DNA of 63,979 bases, filler included, from Diploschistes diacapsis (taxonomy: Eukaryota), in the NCBI GenBank assembly GCA_023645945.1. It is 20 parts of 20 records of this genome, joined end to end, with 100 filler letters (N's around TTAATTAATTAA, not from the genome) between each part and the next. Parts side by side here need not be neighbours in the genome. Positions count along the whole stretch, not along the records: positions 33,390 to 53,442 come from JALAIB010000358.1; 19 more parts are not named here. One strand, given 5' to 3'. Made by a program: the position numbers and the translations under genes. Under the pieces are notes generated by a model. It was not told the DNA's origin. It searched no databases and saw only the letters and a program-made list of their open reading frames with translations. This document shows, in pieces, positions 39,507-52,200 of this stretch; positions within the stretch are counted from its first letter, which is position 1, and the number at the start of each line of letters is the position of its first letter.

Positions 39507-39977
39507 CTTGGTTACTAAACACTACAATAATAGATCGCTAGAGAAATTGGGTTGCAAGAAAGAATCACATTTCTCTAGAAATTTTGATAGACGTGCTCTG
39601 TTGCTCAACAGCGAGAGCGCTACATACCACTCGGCCGAGAAGATCTGCATATCGATGTCATTGGTAGTATGCACTTACCATAGAACGAGCCGAGGCGCCT
39701 ATACTTCCCGTCACACTTCGATTGGCGATCCAGTATATTGTATTGTAGCAAACCTTGACCGGACCTTTTCAATGGTGTAAAACAAGTTCTGCGAGGAGGC
39801 GCTTTGGTCTTATAGATGCCCGTATCCATAGTGCTTGCGCAGAGGTAACGCCGGTTAACTCCGAGGCCGCATCCGCAAGAGCTTGTCTTTCCGCGTTCCT
39901 GGATACAGGTTCCTTTATACCCAGCTCCTCTATGACCAAGAGTCCAATCATGATCTTGTCATGACCACAAAACCACA

Positions 39978-41326
39978 ATGCTCATATCATTGCAGGTTGG
40001 AAAGGTTGATGCTGGTGTGGCAGTCCTGCTTACGGAGGACAAGCGGCTGGTAGGGTCACAGCTTCAAGTCTTCATGAATAGCGGAAACTGACAAGCTACC
40101 AGATTGAATTTCCATCTATCCTTCTTCCTCCCTCTATCTCGTCTGGTTCGATTGTCGACATTCAGGTCTCTCGAAACTTCGAGTCGGAGAATGCCTCCCA
40201 AGACGCCTTCGAAAGCCTTCAGAACTCCATATTTACTACCTATGGCCAAACCTCTCCCGCAAACCCAGTGCTTCGGTGCAGAAATGCAACGCAGACTTCA
40301 GTCGTCCTAGAGTGGGATCCAATACAGCTCGCCACTGCCGACTTGCGATCGCTGTCTCTCTACCGCAATGGTGCGAAGGCTGGCTCCATCCCACGGCCGC
40401 TTGAGATCACAAGCACCAAGATTTCCGGCTTGGCCATCGATACGGAGTACAACTTTCAACTCGTTCTTCGTACCTCTGCAGGCATGTTCTCAAGCGAGAG
40501 GCTCGAAGTCCGGACGCATAAGATGACCGACCTGGCTGGCATCACAGTCACTGCGGGAGTATTGCCAGCTCAGCTCCGCCAATCTCTCGTAGCAGCGGTA
40601 GGGAGAATTGGATGCAAAATGGTGGACGTTGTTCGCATTGACACCACGCACTTCGTATGTACAGAAGGTCGAGGTCGAGAATGGGAAAGGGCTGTTGAGA
40701 TGAACATACCTGTGGTGCGTCCCGAATGGCTTGAAGGTTGTGAGCGTGAAGGGCGCATCGTCGGCGTTCGAGGCTACTATTTGAATGCAGATCCGCGCCT
40801 ACGTCAAGTAGGTCAAGGGATCAATATGGGAGGGCGACAAGGTCATCCAGGCCGTACAGAAAGTCAAACCAGCATTAGACGCGGCGCTCCTGCTCCTGTC
40901 GGTATTGACTCGAGCGAGCAAGCCAGACGCGACTCTAACGCACCGTCTGCCGGTCTCTCCACAGCGGCAACGGAAGTTTCTTCGGCTCCGACACTTCAAA
41001 CAACCGTCGTCCCGCCAACACCTCCTGCCAAGGACAACCGGAATCCATCCACCCAAGATGCAGCCTCGATCGCTACCACATCTACTGAACGAGACGAGGA
41101 CGGAGACAGAGACGAAGAATCGGAAGCGCCACGGAAAGAAGCTTCCTACCGACCTCCTCGGGGCTCTAGAAATCTGGTAGAGAGTCCCTTCGATTCATCA
41201 CAAAAGGAGGAAACTCTAGCGTATAGAAACCAATCCGGAGTCTCACTGGAAGGGGGGGCAGGAAACCCGGAAAGAGGAAGTCGCAGACCAAGCGAAGGGG
41301 GGAGTTTTAATGAAGTGCCTCTATGA
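39978..41326 (+). CDS. CHS5: Exomer subunit / chitin biosynthesis protein Chs5 (FN3 + BRCT)
   Basis: MLISLQVGKVDAGVAVLLTEDKRL|IEFPSILLP, NATQTSVVLEWDP, THKMTDL.GITV, IDTTHFVCTE. Intron 40050-40102. Confidence 0.95.
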
Positions 41327-41570
41327 GTCGGATTAGGGTGAGGGTGACTACGGTAATAAGGGTAACTGCGATAATCTAGCAGTCGGTGTGATCGTCGAAC
41401 AAGCCCATCATCGGGCTTCACTGCGCACAGCAACTTTGCAGGACTTTTCAAGTTGGCGCTCGCTTCGTTGCTACCTATTAACGCTACTGACAAAGCTCGC
41501 AAATATTGTCCCGAAGCTGTCTTTTTCTTTTGTTCGAAGTACGTATGATCAGCCAAGAAGCCACATCTAC

Positions 41571-43946
41571 TCAAGTCCCAGTGGCTATGATGGTAATAGG
41601 GCAGTTTCCCACGAAGTACGCCCATGTGCCACCCCTGCTTTCATAAATAATGCCTTGATCTAAACGATCGAACACGTCATTTTCTCCAACTATCACGGAG
41701 CGATCAGCTTGTTGCATTTGCCTCTTGATTGTGCGGTACAGGTGCCTGTTGAACAAGGCTGGAAATGCATTGCCAATCTGCCTTTTCTGAGCCGTCTTCC
41801 CACCGGTGTAGGCGAATCTGTGACCGAGCTCGAAACCCTGCAGGACTGCAAGTTCTCTTATAGTGAGGTTCCGTTCCCCGGACGGATGATGGTCGTTCGA
41901 TCCATTGCAAGTCACCGCACGAGCTTGGACATCGGGCGAGTATGGGGGGGCCGTACAAGCGGGCATATTCCCTGGGTCGTGATCAGGTATTCTGATCCCA
42001 ATTTGGACCGCGGTGTCCAAGGCGGCTATTGCTCGTCCGAGCCCAACGTACGGTTTCAGGCCATTGTTGCGCGCGGAGTTCATGGGACGATGAGTTTTGA
42101 CTGGGAATTGCGGCAGATTTTCGCCAGGACTAAGACCTATTAGCTGCAACAACTTATGAAGCATTGGACGAATGTCTAAAGAAACTTACCACGAGCCGAT
42201 CAATATCAGGCGCCGACGGTGTTGTGGCAGTCCCCAGTCAGCGAAATTCAATAGCTTAAAGCGTATACTGTATCCTTTGGCCGTATACTGCCCGAGCAAA
42301 GGATACATGATATCGGCATGGTGCGTCCATAAGCCACTGGTATTTTCGAAAGTTGTTACTCGAGGCTTGTCGGCCTCGAGTAGGCTCTCAATGCATAGCG
42401 ATGCTGCTTCGTTAGCCTCATCGAATCGGCCTCTTGTTGTATGCGCGGCAGAAAAAGTTTGACAACAAGTGCTGTTATGTGAAATATCCGCTGGTTCCAG
42501 CTCGGGCCGTACGCAGTATTCATGGACCCCTACACGGTACTGGTCGACGGCGTCTTGTTGGAAATTCAGGTTGTATGAATTCATCGCGTTTTCATCAATA
42601 TCAAAGCAACGAACGATCTTAAGACCTGCTTGCCGCGCACCGGAGCTGGCGCATCCTGCTCCGCAGAAGCCGTCAACAAAGGTGTACTTGCCGTCGAGAC
42701 GGGGAGGCGGAGATCCGCGCCACATAGCCCGAATATCCTTGTTTTTCATACGACCGGAGGCGTCTTTGTCTACTTCGTCTTCCATAATTCGTTGAAGGAC
42801 GAATTCTGTCGTCAGCCGTTCTCTTCCATTGCTAGTGTTCTCGTACATAGCAACGAATTTCCATCGACATCGTAAGAGGCCCGTTTTCGTTATCTGATGG
42901 TCTTTAGGTACGTACGTGCGGTAATCCGGCTCGTTTGTAAGAATGATGCGTCTTTCCCTGACGACTTTGCTTGCTGCCATATTGATCATACACTCAACTT
43001 TAATATCCTGCCTTAGCTCGTTATTCACTTCCAGGACCCAGCAAACTTCGTCGACCATTGGTGGCAGCGTAGGTCTAAGACTCGCGGTTGGATGAAAGGT
43101 CCAACCTTGTAACACAACGGCTCCGGTCCGAGGGTTTTTCTTAATCACTCTTACCCTCAGGTATGTCCCGTCCGTTAGTTCGAGGTCAGGAGACTTTTCA
43201 GACTCAATCTTTACTCCATTTTGGGTATGGTGTGGTATGGTGTCCCAACCGTGAGTGGAGATCTCACCTTTCATGATATCGCTAACCTTGCGAGAGCGCC
43301 GGAACTTCTCCATCAAACAATCAAGATTTTCTGGGAATCTTACGAGTTTCAGATGCGTTTGTCCAAACCGGTTTCGGGCGACAGGCTGTTGGACTTCGAC
43401 CAATTCTCCTTGGTTGTTGGGGCGCATCTCCAGGTAGTGTTGCTCATTTTCTGCAACCTGGGCGTCCTGCATGTCGGCACGGATCTCTTCTGCTTCATCA
43501 TGGACAGGATTTGTATCACTAATAGGGGAACAAACCGGTCTTCCGTTGTGACTAGTGGTCCTGGAGAAAGAAGGTGTTCTTGGGGTGTATGCAATGGTCC
43601 TACGTCGCGGGTCTTGTATGCGGAAAGGTTCCCAGCGGTTGTCATGGGCGTTGCTGCGACGTGAAGGCAAACCGAACCCAGCTCTTGCATGAGGGAGGGT
43701 AAAAACCGGAACAGGAATGGAAGTGTTGTTGGGCTTATGAACGACAACTTATGGCTTCGTGTTAGCTGGTCACGTTGTGAGAAACGTACGTCAAACGAAT
43801 TTCAACTCACCAGGAGCAGCGTTGTCTGATCGGTCATCTTTAGTCAAGTCAATGACACTAATTCCCTGTTCTATGGCATGAATGCGGTCGTCTCTCTTTG
43901 GCGCGTCATCAACGGTCAAATCAAAGAAGTTAGAAACACGTGCCAT
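41571..43946 (-). CDS. rid: RID/Masc1/DmtA-family C5-cytosine methyltransferase homologue
   Basis: Motif I (FVDGFCGAG), IV (SHNSTCCQTFS.AHT..G..DE.N), VI (KPR..TFENTSGL), VIII (GLPQ.RRRLILIGSCPGE.LP.FP), IX (HPSG.R.LT.RELA.LQGF) and X (QIGNAFP). ATG 43946; predicted introns 43748-43810 and 42130-42189. The exact 3' end is uncertain. Confidence 0.88.
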
Positions 43947-46900
43947 GGCCTTAACACCTCGTCTTTAGTGAGTGCTGAGGTCTGGGTCTAAGCTCGATGA
44001 TATGACAATGTCCAAACCAGATGAAGATCAAACCCAATATAGGTCAGTCAGAGTACGCTACAAGAGAAGGTCGCCCAGCCGAAAAGGTCCTGACCAGGTA
44101 AGAATAACTTTCAAACCGCCAACACGTTGGAACAATCTAGATTTTCAAAAGTGTCAGCAAAGGGGCCTGCGATGGTAGCAATGAGGCATGTCCTAGAACT
44201 TGGACGACTGTTTTGAACCAGCAACAAGGTAAGTGAAGTACAGAGGATGAAGCTGTGCAAGTGAGATTAACAAAATGAGGGATATTTGATTGTGGGCGCG
44301 GAGACCTCAGAGAAGAAACGGGCTTAAGCCTCTTATGAGGCTTAGCGACGAGATTGCACAGTCGCCGTGTCTCTAATACACAAAGCCCGTTTGATAAAAC
44401 CTCAGCGCCCTTAAAAGAGACCAAGTCGGGTTACTGTGTTAGACATGACTGTATTCTGAGAAGATTTCAGTTCTCAAGCTCGTGTCAGTAGAGCTCCCTT
44501 TACAACAGCTACGTCCGCTAATGAGGAATATCAAAGACATTGCACGTCTTCAGAAGGCTATCCATTAGGAGAATGGTTTCATTGCTGCATAGGGTCAGAT
44601 CATTGAATGCTTTTCAGCTTGTTTCATCACCTGCTCGATCTTCACAGCTTTGGTGGCTCACGATACCAAACCCTTTGTCCTCTTGTGCTCCATCGTCTCT
44701 ATTATTCTATACTAAAGCCTATACGCGGGCTATAGCATACATCACAACCTTAACGACGATTGTAAGCTCCGTGATTGCTCGGTCATTGTCTGGGACGGCT
44801 CAGGGGAAGTCATTGAGTAGCAAATTGCCTAAAACCGTTAGCCTAATATTAAGCGAGTCTTGTCGATCACGTGTATGTGGGACACAAATGCTTTCTAGTT
44901 GCCGACCAACCAACAACCGCTGTTATGAAAAGTTTTTACTGCATCAATTGATTTCAATCCAAAAAAGTTGATATTGTTTTAGTCTACAGCATTGTCCATC
45001 AAACGATATTCTATGCCACTCTTCAAAAGACAGCTTCCTTTCTTGCATTGTTCTGATTGCGACACCAAACCTCCAGCACATTGTCCTCTCTGACGGACCT
45101 AGCTCGTCCTCCTTCCCTATGCCAGACACAATTCAGGCGCAATGCCGAGTGAATCTGTCACTTGGTCTCCTTGAGCATCCAGGGTATGTAGTATAGTATT
45201 GTCTCTTATATTTAAGTATCTGGTCGTTTTGCTATGATGAACATTAAGTACCGGTCGACTTCCGAACAAATCATGTCGATTGTACACTAAGATGAGCTGA
45301 GCAAAAGTGTTTTGGACAGTCATTAAACTGTGCGGGTTTATAACGGAAGACTGACGCGCACAACGTAGTTCCATCCCGTGGCAGACCGGCTTTGACCAGA
45401 GTTAATGTCTCCAAAGGCTCCCCTGGCAGTTGGATGATATGCTTGTTTCTACCCGCTCTACACTATGAGATAACGGCTTGAGCTGAGCACTATAAACTTG
45501 TCATGATCTGACTCCGAAGCAGAATGCCTGCGGAACAGCAGAGTTTTTTCCGCTTCTTGCTTTGAATACTTGTCCATCAGCACTGGTCCTACACATCCGC
45601 TCGAAATATGTATCAGTGTGGAGGGCAGGGGCAGAAGCTTAGACGGCTTTCTGAATACTGTGGAGAATGAACCTACTCGGATACGCCAGTGCCTACGGAT
45701 CATCCATTCCCAACGACTGAAGTACAGATTGAGGTCAATTCTTCCATGTGAACAATTATATAGAGATGATCTCCGCTCGACGGCGATGCAAGGTAAGTTC
45801 TGGGGTCATGTTTAGTCAAGGGAAGCTCACTGACTCCCAGAAATGTAGGATTTCTAGACTATGCCCAGTACTCAAAGATGCGCTGTGCACGGCACCACAG
45901 TTGGTAACTAGGAATTATCGCATAGCAGCATTGACTCTTATTGAGCGAAAGAGTGACAGCTCATGTGGACGACAAGCCTCTCCACGATGCTACAGAAGAA
46001 GTTATGAAAGAAACAATGGAAGCTGGCTGTGCATGGCAATGGTTGCTGGTCTCCCATTTTGGACCTTTGTAAATGGAGGCGACGTGTGCTTTACTAGCCG
46101 TTGGGCCTAATTAGCCCTCCTAAGAAACACTTGCTGTGGGAAGCACGCTATGCACATTACAGGAGCCAACTTAGCATCCAGAAAGAGATCACGGAAATGG
46201 AAGAGATCCTAAATCATAGAGATTGCTAGAAGAGCGGTTGTAGTGGTTTCCTTACCGTAAGAGAGCGTCACGCTTTCAGTAGAGCGAATCAACCAGATGG
46301 AGATTCCTCATGCAAGTGAGAGCAGATACAGTATCGGATTACAGTAAACAAGCGGATGGCTGAGATGAGAAAGCCGAATATACAACAAACCAGATTGGTC
46401 TTGCACTTCACCAATCTCTGCAGTTGCAACGGGCTTCAAGGCCTTCGATACACATAGCATGACCTTCTTGGAGTTACCAGCGTGGTAGTAGATAGTGCTA
46501 ATCTTTGTGCCTATAGCAACATGCACGTTGGGGATCCTCCGTCTTCTGCAGGTGAGTGTCAATCAGCAACGCTCAGCAGCGAATATTCACTTCACAAGTT
46601 GGCGAAACATCTCCCTCTTCCCTTCCAACACGGAGCGGAGAAAAGCTGCTTTCCAGCTTCGAAGTTAAGTTATGGTGTAGATACTCATATTCACTTTGAC
46701 GTCTTGTGTGAATTCAGTCCTTTAGCGTAGCGTCGGAAGATTTCGTTTCTACACTGCCTATCTATACTACTCCTCACTCCTTCTCTTCCTTGATCTCATG
46801 TTACTAGTCATTATGGACGCTGCCAGTCGAACCGTTGCGTCTCCCGCTTCGCCTAAATAGCTTTGTTAAATGCTTCTGCCTCGTTCGAGTTCTTCCACTG

Positions 46901-47101
46901 GGATCCACAAAGACTCGTGCTCTAGCACAATTCAGCTTCAACAAGCATGAAACGTTGTTAAACACCTTGAAAGTACATCAAATCGAAGTTCGAAAGCCTC
47001 TACACAGGTTTGTCCATTTCCCATATTCAATATCACCCAATACTGATGTCTGACTTTAGCAGCTCTCTCTAATTCTAAGCGGCCATAGTTCCCTCTCGAC
47101 A

Positions 47102-49279
47102 ATGATTCCACGCAAAACTCGAGCTTCAAAGAAGAGTGAGGACGTGGCCGCCGGCCAGCAAGCTGACGGAGGCCAGTTAAAGCCTACAGCAAACGGAGTC
47201 ATCCTTCCGAAAGTCGCAAATGCGCCCGATAAGGGCAAGCGCAAATCTACCCAGAAAATCAAGGTCGACGTGAACTCTTTGCCTCACGGACTGGGTGTAA
47301 AAGCGGAAGTCTCAGATGCCCTGGCAACTGATACCAAGGCCAATGAAGCTGCAGCAGAACCTGGACCTTTACAGCCGGGTAAGGGTCAAGTCAGCGTTTG
47401 TAGAACCTTGGCTAAACTAGAGTCCGCAGTTCCTAGCAAAGTTGAAGCCGTGACTGAGGGTGCGACTGAACCAGAAAGCGAGGTGGTGGTAACTTCTGCC
47501 GGTTCCATAGAGTCCGCTGAACCACCAGTCAATTCAAGAAGGAGAAATCCGCAACGAAAAGTCAGGTTGCAGCTTGGTAGGTGTAGATTAAACATTTAAG
47601 GAACATCAACTGAAGCAGAGCCTGCAGATCCTAGCAAAGTTGCAATCGCTACTGGCGGTGCGGTTGCACCAGAGAGCCAAGCGGCGAACTCTTCTGCTGA
47701 TGGCATAGAATCTATCGAACCGCCCGTCAAGCCAAGAAGAAAGAATGCGCGACAGAAGGTCAAATTGGGCGTTAGTCCGTATCCAGAGCTCGAGCGTCCC
47801 TCTCCTGAAGAATGCTACACAATGAACAGACTGCTTTCAGAGACCCATGGAAAGGTCCAAGCGCCAGCAGACATTCCTGTACCCTCTCGTACCGTCGCCG
47901 GTTGCGGTGAGGTCAAGTTTGTCCTGGAAGCTCTCGTTCGAACACATCTAAGCGCTCATACCTCAATGAGCAATGCAAACAGAGCAATTCAAGGCCTCCT
48001 CAAGCGGTATCCAACCATCAAGACAGGGCCCTGCGCTGGAACCACCGACTGGAACAATGTGCGCATCACTGACCAGCAAGAGCTGGAGGATGCAATCAAA
48101 GCGGGTGGAATGGCGCCTACCAAGAGCAAAGCCATCAAGAAGATGCTAGAGATGGTCTACGATGAAAATCAAGTTCGTCGCCAGGGGCTGAGAGAAAAGG
48201 CTTCGTATGCAGCTAGCGTAGAAGAAGTAAAGGCAGAAGTCGTCGACACCGTTGAAATCTCAGAAGATCCGCTTTCTGGCGATACTAAAGCCGCAGTCAT
48301 GGGTCGCTTCGCCAATCAAGTTCTTCTCGAATCAGACGATATTCTTACTCTCGATTACATACATGCAATGGATCCTGTCGAAGCGTTCGCCAAGCTAACC
48401 ACGTACCCTGGCATCGGTGTCAAGACTGCGGCCTGTGTCTTGCTTTTTTGCATGCAGCGTCCCTTTTTCGCGGTTGACACTCACGTCTGGCGTATCTGCA
48501 AGTGGCTTGGTTGGGTACCAGAGACGGCCGATCGGAACAACACATTCTGGCACTGCGATGTCAAAGTTCCTGATGGCCTGAAGTACAGCCTCCACCAGCT
48601 CATGATTGCTCATGGGAAAAGCTGTGGGAGATGTCGCGCCAACACGAGTGAGAATAGCGAGGCTTGGGCTGAAGGTTGTCCCATCGAGGGCTTGGTCAAG
48701 AGAACTGGAGTTCGCAAAGGCGGTGAAGAGGAAGCCAAGCCCAAGCGCCGCAAGCGCAAGTCCGAAGAGAAAGACCAAGAAGAGGAGCTCGGCGAGGACG
48801 ACGAAAAGGAAGAAGCAGAAGAGCAGCCAAGAAAGAGAGCCCGGAAGACAAAGGGCAAAGCCGGTGCAGAAGAAGAGCCAAAAAAGAAAGCTCGGAAGAC
48901 GAAGGGAAAGGCTGATGGCGAAGCCCATGTGAAAACCACTAGAGCTAGCACGCGTTCCAACCGACGAGCTAATAGCTTTGAAGAAGCAGAAGACGAAACT
49001 GAAAGATCTGCGACCCTAGCCAAGACCAAGAAGAAGCCGGCCGCCTCGAAGAAGAAAGTAGCCAATACAGGCAAGTCTCAAGTGGGTAATAGTAACGAAG
49101 CAGTCCACAACGACACAGTACAGGCGGATGGTAAAGCTAGAGCAACTCGCCAGAAAGCCAATGCTTCCAAGGAAGTTAGTAACGGGCCAGCTGCTAGTAA
49201 GGGTAGATCTCCGAGGACCAAGAAGTCTGCCACAACCGAGGAGGAGGGGGCTAATGAGGAATTTGGGGCCTCGCGTTGA
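47102..49279 (+). CDS. HhH-GPD superfamily DNA glycosylase with DEMETER/ROS1-like core and Lys/Glu-rich C-tail
   Basis: HhH LTTYPGIGVKTAACVLLF, catalytic Asp in FAVDTHVWRI..LGWVP, and KYSLHQLMIAHGKSCGRC. The 42-nt intron 47577-47618 removes the stop at 47597; there is a probable second 42-nt intron at 47379-47420. Confidence 0.9.
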
Positions 49280-52200
49280 AGACGGCGGTTGAGCGATGGC
49301 CTAACTTGGCTGTGAAATCTCTAGTCATGACGTCTCAAATTACATGACTATCCGAGCGTGAGAGAGACTTAACTCGCTTTAAAGTTACAACAATATGATA
49401 TCAAGCTAGCTCATACGAGTATCTCAAGAGTGCTTCTATTTCCCTGAGCGATTAGCATAAGCGTCCCTTCGAGCTAAACAGATAAATTCGGAATAAACGA
49501 ATATATCCGATCTTACCATTCTTTAGTGACTGCTACAAATCTACACAATCATGGCTGAGAGCTTCCGATCCCGCAATATCTGAACTTCATAATCCCATAC
49601 AGACTCTCCCACAATACTGATCTCTATAATCAAAACAAAAATACCCACGAACAGTATCACTAACCATACCCAACCCTCCACGTCCCCATTCCCATCCCCA
49701 TACCAATCCACAACCGGCCCTCCCTGCCCTAGCCCCAACCCCAGGGACATTGATGTTTCAACCGCTCACCGCGCCTCCCTTCCCATCGCCAGATAGCTTC
49801 CCGCCCAAACACGGCCCAAATAGGAAAACACTCACTTCTCCCTACCCCTTCCGTCGTCCGTACCCGATTGCCGACATCGCGTCTACATGAAGGCGGTAGC
49901 TTACCCAGATTGTCGTGCCGGCTGGACTACGTCGATCCCGCACGGACCGGTAAAGCGATCGGGGGATCAGGAATGGCGTGCGCTGGGACGGGCCTTTACT
50001 TTGTTGTATTTGTATGCGTCCGTGGTGCCCATCTCGCGTGACATTCCCAGCACAACCAGCTAGAAAGATCAGTTCCTGCGCGCTCTGAGAAAGGTAAAGT
50101 TCGCGCGGGGACACGAAGATATGCTACAAGGGCCGGTTCGAGAGCATAGTATAAAAGCCTGGGATGGCCAGGGAGACCCCGACTCAAGTTTCGGGTCTGC
50201 TTGCGCTTGTCAGTTGGGCTCGGAGAAGCAAACGAAATACCCCTCAAAGTTCCACGTCTGTTCTAAGAAAACAAGCCAGGTTTGCTAGCTGCTGAATCTT
50301 CCCGAAGGCGCGACTTTCGCTTCGCTTCGCTCATAAGGGGTGTTGTTGTCTTTTCGGAGATTCCACGCGATAGAAGTTTAGAACGACATCGTGTGCTTTA
50401 GTAGGGATATTGGGAAGGTCTGTCTATGATCTTAATGACTGGAAGAGATTGTTCGCTCCTTATCTCTAATAATCCAGCCAGCCTAAACCTGCAACTGCCG
50501 GACAGTGACGATATGGGCTTGAGAAGGCTTGATAATAGGGCTTTTCGCAATCAACAACAATAGCAGCTCAATCTTCTCCAGCCCCTTGGTAGAGGGCGAT
50601 CTCGCAGGGAGATCTTTCGAAAGCTATCGTAACGGAAAAATGATTACTAAAAGTTGCCTTATTTATGACAAGTGTAGAAGTTATTTCCGAATGACAAGCC
50701 CATTCTGAACGAGATATCAATAAACCAGCGTCAATATGGAGGAGCTTACCTACCATGTAAAAATACGTTACGTCCCGTGGTTCTTGGGGTAACGGAAAGG
50801 ATGAGGAATGAAAAAAACCGTGATATTCACCATATCATATAGGTCCACATCAAAAGGCTTCAAAACTGGATACCGATTGTCTAACATATTGCGCATCTCT
50901 CTGGGGACTTGATACAGCTCATTGAAAGATTACCGCACATTCTGCCTTCAAACGCTACATAAGCACTCTATGAGGCTGCCGATCAAGATCAAGATCAAGA
51001 TCGAGCTTCGGGGGGCCAGCTCCTACCTGATAGCTGTCGTTACCAAATTCTGTGCAGTAGCCTGAAAACCACTAGAACTGCTCAGGGTTGTTTAATGGTG
51101 CGGTGCTCGAAATTGAAACTGCAGTTTCAAGTCTAGACAGGACTTGAGAACGATAGCGTCCGGTCCAAAACGGTGCATCTTTCCCGACCGTATGGAGGAG
51201 CACATATGGATGGTTAGAGGTGCTGTCATCCTGTCTTGTGAAGACCGACCACAACAGCTGCTCATACGCTGCGGAACTGTCGTCCCTGGTAGCTAGCACG
51301 CCGACCTTCAAAAGTTGATCCCTACCAGCTATCGTTTGCCTACAGATCAAGAAGGATCTCCGCTTATTCAGTCAGCGTATACAATTGCATGACTCATGTA
51401 TCTAGTACACATCAATATAATGCGCCAGGTATGTGTGTGAAGGTCCAAGCCAGTGCCTGTTCTAACCATACCCGCCAGACTCCTGGCCGGAAGCGGGAAA
51501 TCCTATACTTGAATCATCAGATCATGGAGTATGAACTCGTTGTTCACCGAGGTGGTGTCAGTTGAGATGCCGGTTCCTATCAATGTTCCATTCCACTGCG
51601 CCGGGCAAACTTCGAAAGGAATGGGGAGGAGGATTCGTGAAGGGACAGCGTTGGACTTGTAGAGACGGCATCAGAAGATGTTTCAGCTGCCAATAGTGCC
51701 AGAAGGCTTGGTGCCCGATCATGCTTTGCCAGAGAACTCGAAAAGAGAAGTAGGGCCAGTTGGCCAAGGAGACTCTATCTCGCGTTAGATATCGAAGGTG
51801 CTAAAGCAAACATCAACCCGACTTCGACCCTGATTGGAAGCTCGGCGCTGGATGAGATGGTAAGCAAGGATAGACAAAATACAGGGCCTTACTGACTTGA
51901 GCTTAAGAAGCAGCCCCCAGCTCGCCAAAAACAGGTATCAATTAAAACTGCTTAAACACCCTTTTACAGTTAACACTTTTCCATATAAAATATCTTGACA
52001 TACGGCTGTGCTTAAAACTACGGAAGTTTCGTGTTCCATTTGCATTTTTCCGCCAGTTGCCTTCCCCTATTCTTCAGATAAATCGCGTGGTGACAGACAG
52101 AACCATTACGAATATAAGCCCAACGCACCAAATCGTCCCCAAAAATCTTGCTTGGGCTAGATCTAGCTACATATTGGGGTTCAGATGCATCCCGCTGTGG

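Noticed and set aside
41571..43946. Bacterial restriction-modification methyltransferase or horizontal transfer
   Set aside because: It has spliceosomal introns, RID-type signature segments and fungal housekeeping neighbours.
43972..47053. Short ORFs between rid and the glycosylase as extra genes
   Set aside because: Most have non-ATG starts, none has a recognisable domain, and there is no consistent exon chain. A small gene cannot be fully excluded without RNA data.
51484..51512. P-loop-like peptide AGSGKSYT
   Set aside because: A stop follows immediately and there is no surrounding NTPase sequence.
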